From Catajapyx aquilonaris (taxonomy: Eukaryota): DNA of 44,715 nucleotides. The number at the start of each line of letters is the position of its first letter. Position 1 is the first letter of the stretch. Of the stretch, positions 37,761-44,715 are shown piece by piece. The position numbers and the translations under genes were made by a program. The notes below the pieces were generated by a model. It was given only the letters and a program-made list of their open reading frames with translations, searched no databases and was not told where the DNA came from. The stretch lies in contig KZ538180.1 in assembly GCA_000934665.2 (NCBI GenBank), positions 62,001 to 106,715 of the forward strand, read 5' to 3'.

Positions 37761-40700
37761 CCAGAAAATTGTGTGCCTGTAGCAATAGAGAGAGCAGCAG
37801 CACACTCGAATTCTAGTAGTTTGAAACAAAAACAAACAAGTACTAACGTCAGCATTAACAAGGATGCTCGTAGCTGTATATATACGGAGGAAAGGAAGTT
37901 ACCTCCCTGTAATTATACGGAGCCGTACCCATAGAGAAGCCCGTAAATTCTGCTCATAGTTACCCAACCTCCCTTGGTTTTCTCCCGACGTGGGAATAGC
38001 TCCGCGATAAATCCTCTCACCCCCCGCAAAATCTCAAGGATTCCGGGATTTGTTTCAACTATTCGGGAGGAGATAAATTTTAGTTTCCCGCAAAAGGCAC
38101 TAGAAAATGATTGGTAACCGCATTTATAGTTTGCATATCCCCGTGACAACCGCATGTTGGTCTCATGAAAGTCACGCTTTCGGGTTATGGCCAGCAGTGT
38201 CCAACATTTAGAGTGCTTTTTTTTGGCGCCCCTCCCCCACCACCCCCCGTACTAATCCCCTGCTCTATGGCTTTAAAACCCATCCTGCATTAGGACGCCT
38301 CTTATTGCTTACGTCACGCAACGTGCTCACGAAAGCCGTTCCATTACAACTACTGGGGTTGCAAAAAAAATGGCAAAAATCCGCCCCTGGTCTCTTGCTG
38401 CATAAAAGTGATGACTTTTGGGTACCACAAGGATACTGCAACCCACCTCCATGACCTCTATCAACAGAGAAAAAATTGGGCTGCGGGTGTACCAGACGGA
38501 GGACTGAGAAATGGCCAACGACGTGGGCGCTATTGATCATGAGACCCCCGCAATGGCTCTTGGTTCAAGTGGAGTAGAAAAAAGAAATAATAGAAGAAGG
38601 AGGGGGTCAGCGTCAACCTCCGTTCCTGACAGATGTTCCTGAGAGATGGTCCGTGATGCGAAGGGTCAACGAGAGGATCGAGACCTTCCCGTCACATCCG
38701 ATGGCCACTGGCCACATGATATACTTTTACTTTGGGCATGGAATTAAGGCTTAACCTCGTAACCTCAGAGTGTGTTTTTTTCGGGGTGTGTTAGAGGAGA
38801 CAGTGGTTGGATGGTGGCAAAGTGCAAGTGGAAGATAAATGTCACGTTGTTTAGTGGCAGCTGTCAACTTTTGAAGGTTGAGAAGCTCAGGGGCCGAAGT
38901 AGACTCGGGGCAATCCTATTTGAGGGGGATCATTGATGGGGCTCTGCACTAATGGCTTTTTAAAAACTATGTGGTTTATATTTTTTGGAATTACAAACCG
39001 AAAATACAGTGCACCAAAAATAATCCAGTATATGTGGTGTGCAAAAAAATGCTGTAATGCACTCAGCAACTTTTAATGTCACTTGATTGTAAGCTTCACC
39101 TTTGATCATTATCGAGTGTTACAGAAAGTTATTAGCGCGCAAATTAGCTGTGGTGAAGGATTAAACGTCATTAGAGATTAATAATGAGAAAATGTTTTAC
39201 AGCGTGGAAGAGCACTGTACATTGTTTTAGCAACAATGTGGCTGTAAAGCACTGTAAAGCACAAAACTTTTAATGTACGCCTATTAATCAACACACTAAT
39301 CTGGGAAATTTGTTAAAATTCAACAAATGTATGAAAGGGCGTCACAAAAGATTGTTCTTGCTAATTACTATTTGGGTTGGCATTCAAAAAAGGTAATGAC
39401 AACACGGCTCGTTACAGTATACGCAATTCAGTAGCCGAAATGCGTCCATAATTTGTGCAGAAAAGTGCAAAACCCGAACTTTTATGAAAGAAAAATATAT
39501 TTCATTAAGCTGTTTCCGTGCACAACGTAAACTTCAAAGGCAACACCGTCTCACTTGGCAGTTTACAGCATCAAGAAGCTTAATTTGGAAGGTGCGAACT
39601 GATACGAAGTCTAAGACGGGGGCACAAGATAATGAGGTTGGAGCTGCATCTCCCAGCTAATTACTACCGGAGCAATCTTTTCCTCGACTGTGGCAGAATA
39701 ATAAGCTGATGAGATGAGCAACTTCATGGGCATTCCACATCCCCCCTACTTTTCCTAGGAATATGAGCCCCTGGTTCTAGGTTCAGCAAAAAAAGGTCTG
39801 CCAGGGGCCTGTCGCCTTCTGTTTTTAAAGCCCTCAGAGAAAGGCAAATTCGCACATTTTGCGGTTACGGCAGCCCGGGAATAGTAACAACGAATGACAA
39901 ATTGTCTGTCAGGAGAAGGAAGAGGGCTTTTGTCATGCCCGGTTTCCATTATTGGCTTCAACCCCCTCCACTGTACGCGGTGTTTCAAGTGTTATTACCA
40001 TCCGAACCGGGAAGGAATATCGGTGCGACCTTCCATTTTTTTCAGCCATCATTAATTTTCACCGTTAATGGGAAATTAAGACATATTTCTCATCACGGTT
40101 AAAGCCGGCTCAAGCCCATGCATCACAAGTTTCTTGATAACAAAAAAAATTCAAATCCGCTCTTACGTTATTCTCTATACCACAAACTCTTCCTTTTCCC
40201 TCCTTGACATGTCAGCAACAGGTGTCAGCAACAGTCTCGACGTTATCAGTGAGTTTCTTTCATAAAATTTACGATACCCCGAGTTCACACATCGACCCCG
40301 TTTTATCCCAGGTAAGCGCAATATTTATTCCATTCGCAAAATATTTCGTACCTTCAACACCTCCAAAAGTCATGACAGGTACTGGATTCACTTTTTTTGG
40401 GTTAGTCAATACCGAAGAGAGCGCAACGCAACGAGTAAAGAAGGGAAATGAAATATGGCGAATGTTGAATCCATCAGCTAACCGTGATATGTGCAAATGA
40501 CAAGCGGGACAGGATTTCCCGATTAATGCCCTCTTCCGCTCGCCGGAACTAATTCGATATTGAAATGTGGGCCGGCATATAACCCTCTCCCCCGGATTTT
40601 TTTTTTAATTCCATGCAGTATTTTAGCCCTGTAATAAAGGCAGAGGCATCTACTCCCAACAATTTCGGGTCATACACTCCGGATCATTATTAGATGTGTA

Positions 40701-41099
40701 TGACCTCGTACATGAAAGCGACCAGACGTACTGTACGTATATTCAGGTGAATCGATGTCTGATTATACTTGGTCCGGTCAATCCCTGCCTAATCACCTCT
40801 GCTGGAGGACAGGTGAGATTCCAGTGGGCGTGAAGAGTTGCCGCTGGAGGCAAAGACACTAATGATGCCGGTTTTTGATCGACGTGCACACACACAAAAA
40901 AGCGGGTACATAAATCACGGGGGCCGGACGCCTGTCCGAAATGGCGGGTGAAAAAATGCATGGGAGCATAGATGGCAAAAGGCGATACAGGATAGGTGAT
41001 TGCCTGGGGAGTCATTCCAATAATGTACAACTGGATAACTTCTAGGTACAGTAATTAAAAATAATGGCGATGTGAAGATTTACCAGGAATTTTTTATAC

Positions 41100-41256
41100 T
41101 ACTATTCTTCACGCATATAGATAGAGAACCTTTCCTCTGCACAATCCTGCCTCTCAAGTCGTGCGAAAGATAGTGGTGCTATCAGGTCGGACGAACATCC
41201 CACGGAGAGAAATATAGCCTGTTAGAATAAAGATATGCGGAATATTTCGACTATGC
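41100..41256 (+). repeat. Dispersed repeat, copy B (~155 bp)
   Basis: Colinear with 14578-14724, same orientation and 26.5 kb apart. Flanks are unrelated. Confidence 0.85.
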
Positions 41257-44200
41257 ACGAGCTGTTTTTTTCTTCTTTCGCTTCCAATGAGACGGTCGTG
41301 TTCCAACCTCTGTTTCCAACACCAGCCAATAAGGGTATTTTTTCCATCTGTCATGCGATCTTGTAGCGCAACATGTGAGGACTCACTACATCACATCGCC
41401 TTCATGCCCATTTCCTACCCACGTCAAGAGGCGCGTGAATGTGCGGAATGCCTTCATACTTATTTCACTTGAGAGTTTGTCCCGGATTCCGTGACGTACC
41501 TTGTACACACCCAGCTCGAAAACGATATTCGACATTTCCCTTTGCCCGCAAGCCCTACTGCGCCATACCGGTAATGAATGTGACCCTAATTTTGAATGGC
41601 AGACATTGTGCTTGAACATGCTGTGACACCGAGGGACGCATTCATTACACTCCTGCAGCCCAGGGAATGTGCACGTATATGCATCGCACGAAATCCCAGG
41701 TATAAGACGCCAAGTTGCGGTTCACAGAGTGCTGGGGGACCCCCACGGAATATATTAGAGACGAAACGTGCCGGAGTACTTGTCCAGAGAATTTGAGTGC
41801 GGATGCTTGTGCTACAAAGGCAGTGTCATTCACAGTTCCAGCTCGTTACAGGCCAGCCTCCAAACATCACTCCAAAGCAGTTACACCCATTCAGAAGCCC
41901 CGCCGTTGGGTGTGTTCGTGACGCCAAGCATTTACAAGGTGTCACTTGGCTTAGAATCGTTATGCGACACCCTGTATGGAGCCAGCAGGCCCCTGTTTGA
42001 GGCTCGGTAACAACCAGTTGATTTTCAATATGAATCCAGGCGAGACTGCAACATGTTGTCCCCGCTGGATTCTGCCAAAAAAAATCATCCCCCCCGCTGA
42101 TACAACGCACCTCCGTTGGGAGAATGGGGGCTCCAAAAACCACTGATCTCAATCCAATTGGCAGCAGAGTACAATGGGCACTGCACACTGCAAGTTCCAA
42201 TCTGCATTCCATTATTGATATGCGACTCTTGACCGAGGGATGAAACGAAAACCACACTTGGTAATCCAGCTCCCGCTGGGGGTTTACCCATTTTCGAAAT
42301 ATTTTTTTGGTGCAAGTTGGCATGGAGTTAATTTTGCAAAAGAAATGCTGCCATGCAGAAAAAAATCAGAGTTCGAATATTGTTACTGTAGTGGCTACAG
42401 CATGCACATATTCAAAGTGACAGGCTGGATCTAGTTATTTAATGATTCCTCATTGAATTCCTCATTAAATAACCAACAGAAACCCTAGGCCTGTGATGTG
42501 TAGCTCGACCGCTCGAATTTAAATGCATGTATTAGTACAGAGTACGAACTCTGGCATTATTATACCGCTAATATGGAAACATTGCCGCACTGTCCAACTG
42601 TCACAAATGTTTAGGCGCATTCAGTAACTCGATTACAGTGCAGAATGGAGTAGCATAATCATCATCATATGAATATGATTTTGCTAATGTCCTATGAAAA
42701 TTTTACACCGAGCCATGGCATTTTAAAAAGTTGTAATTAGGCAAGTTACAATCATATAATTGAAACAGAGAAATGTTTAACAACATTAGCATATGTGCGT
42801 TTTGTGTCTTTTAATGAACTATGTCGCTCACTAATAAAATGACAAATATTCGTCACAATACAGCCGGTTATACTTTCGAAGTAATCGGATTCAATGAGCT
42901 TACTTAAAAGTACCATTTACAAATTGCAAACAATATTCGTCATTGACATTAGACAGAATTTTCATAACCGGAGCCTGTCCTAAGCTGCTCGGTGGCAGAC
43001 TATATTCTAATTGAAAGCGGATTTATACATCAAAAGAGCTTACTTCCCGGCGGTAAATCCGTTTAATCTTTACTTTTTTTTCGAAAGGAGGGCAGGGGAG
43101 GTGAGGGAGGGGTTGGAAGAAAAGAGCCCAAGGAGGATTCGCCTTTTCCTGGCAGCTTGTAACTGACTGACGTTTTATATCCGAGACTCTATATTAAGAC
43201 GGCATAAAAGAAGGGAAAAGTTTGGCGGTGGAATCCATCCGCAACTCCATAACTCGAGATCCAGCCGAGTCCGGGGAAAACTTGTTCATCACATCAGAGG
43301 CTGGGAGGACGCAACTCTATTCTCAGTTCCTCGCGTAAATCCGGGCCCAACTTGCGCCTTACATTCGCCTGTTTGAGCCCAGGAGTTGCGGTTGTAAATT
43401 TTAATTCCAGGGGAAAATAAGACTGAAGCTTTCAGCCCCCATTCTCTCTCTCGGCTTTTCCAGGTGCAGTTATCCAACGATTCAAAAACTACCTTTTAAT
43501 TCTGCACGCCGCTGATAATTACAGTCTAGTAAGTGCGGCGCAGAAATTTGCACTCCAGTTAATTATTTTTAAGCCTCGGATTTGCGCAACAGGTCAGACC
43601 ACTACTAAATGCTGCTTTGGTGCAAAACACAGAAGAGGTTTTTACATATATGTATGATTGCAGTGTGAAGGAAAATGTATGTCGTTGTCACCTTGGCTTA
43701 GACAAACATCTCACAACCTTGTTTTATGCCAGGTGTGGAGCCACCAAGACAACTTGAAGAGAACGCCCTTTTACGTAATGCACGTCAATTCAGGCGCTTC
43801 AGGTCCCGAAACTTGGAAAACCGCAAGCCCAATATAGCATCGGTTTTCTTGAGTCGACGGATCCGGTCATCCTTTTCCCAGCCTGTCAATATCCATTCAG
43901 GCTAGATCGGACTGGTACATGCCGTGACACAAAGCCGATTCCGCCGTGCCAGCCTTGTACAAGAAAACCCTCCCTATCCTCCCCCATTACACACTGACTA
44001 TATACTGGCTTTGGCTGGCAAGGAGCAGAATTAAAGCAGTCGTGCTGAGGACCCCCCCCCCCCCTCTGAACTCTTGGATCTCTACCAGCAGTTCATTCTT
44101 TACACAGTATGTTTCGAGGCCAGTTTATGCCTGCTTCGAAGCCTGTCAGTGCCTCCCACTTGCACATAAAAAAATAATACTGTACGACCCCCACCCAGCA

Positions 44201-44620
44201 AAGAAGGAGAAGAAGGAAGAAGAAAAAAAGTTAAGAGACTTTCGGAAATGTCTAGCTGCAAGTGACGAGCTGATATGGCCCACCCATCCTTATGCAGTAT
44301 ACATGGGCGGCCCAGATTTTTTGGCTTGGAAAAAACTTTTTTAAGTTCATATACTAAAGGGAGTTTGGTTCACTCTTTTCCGTCTCCGTTCCCTGGGGAA
44401 ATTAGACAAGTGCTGTGATTTGCAGTGAGCGGAGGTGAGCTCTGTTAAGGTGGAAATGAGGGTAGCAGAAACGAATGACGTAACTGGCTTTACTCTGGTC
44501 TCATTGACATTCACTTCTCGTACTGCGGGTGCGGAGTAAGCTATAAATATCGCTACATGGCGACGGTATATAGCAAGTTCAATTTTTTTCTCTTCGACTT
44601 TTCATCATAAACATATAACA

Positions 44621-44715
44621 CTAGCAGGATACCCGGCGTTGCTCGGGTTATGAAAGACTTTTCCATAGGAGTGACTCATTGATTTAGTAGTAACCTTTGC
44701 AATAATTATGGCTAT
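44621..44715 (-). mobile_element. Helitron-type 3' terminus (element probably continues beyond the window)
   Basis: The minus strand reads ACCCGAGC-AAC-GCCGGGT (GC-rich hairpin, 44648-44631), then ATCCTG-CTAG followed by host T. This is the canonical subterminal hairpin plus CTRR end of Helitrons, which insert between A and T. Confidence 0.75.

Larger units (their letters stand above)
1..44715. other. Non-coding animal-like intergenic or intronic DNA (gene desert or long intron)
   Basis: No ORF over 214 aa and no recognisable domain in the ORF track. Frequent homopolymers, (GA)n tracts and transposon relics. CpG is not obviously depleted, which argues against bulk vertebrate DNA. Taxon is inferred. 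Confidence 0.8.

Noticed and set aside
1..44715. CRISPR array, retron, prophage or other prokaryotic system
   Set aside because: No regularly spaced repeat-spacer array, no gene-dense operon structure and no long ORFs. The repeats found have only 2-3 copies.

Overview
I find no recognisable protein-coding gene, RNA gene, CRISPR array or prokaryotic operon in this 44.7 kb window. All listed ORFs are short (214 aa at most), overlap on both strands and show no motif I recognise. The texture (roughly 40-45% GC by eye, abundant CpG, long A/T and G/C homopolymers, GA microsatellites, decayed DNA-transposon pieces) fits non-coding DNA of an invertebrate animal, either a gene desert or a very long intron. 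That assignment is an inference. AT-rich blocks carrying transposon relics alternate with GC-richer blocks dense in transcription-factor-like motifs. Best-supported elements: a Helitron-type 3' terminus at the right edge (minus strand, from 44621), a ~290 bp fold-back element (2216-2502), a ~150 bp dispersed repeat pair (14578 and 41100), a ~200 bp-period tandem duplication (4991-5332) and a duplicated homeodomain-motif module (7001-7196). Most interesting regulatory candidates: four perfect AGGTCA half-sites arranged as two DR1 elements (29821-29852) near a Pbx/Hox-type site cluster (29225-29393), a TATA+Inr core promoter preceded by ARE/AP-1 sites with no obvious gene after it (18351-18587), and three roughly evenly spaced acceptor|donor (CAG|GTA) junctions resembling recursive splice sites. 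All functional calls are motif-based hypotheses, and I cannot support a claim of a novel system.
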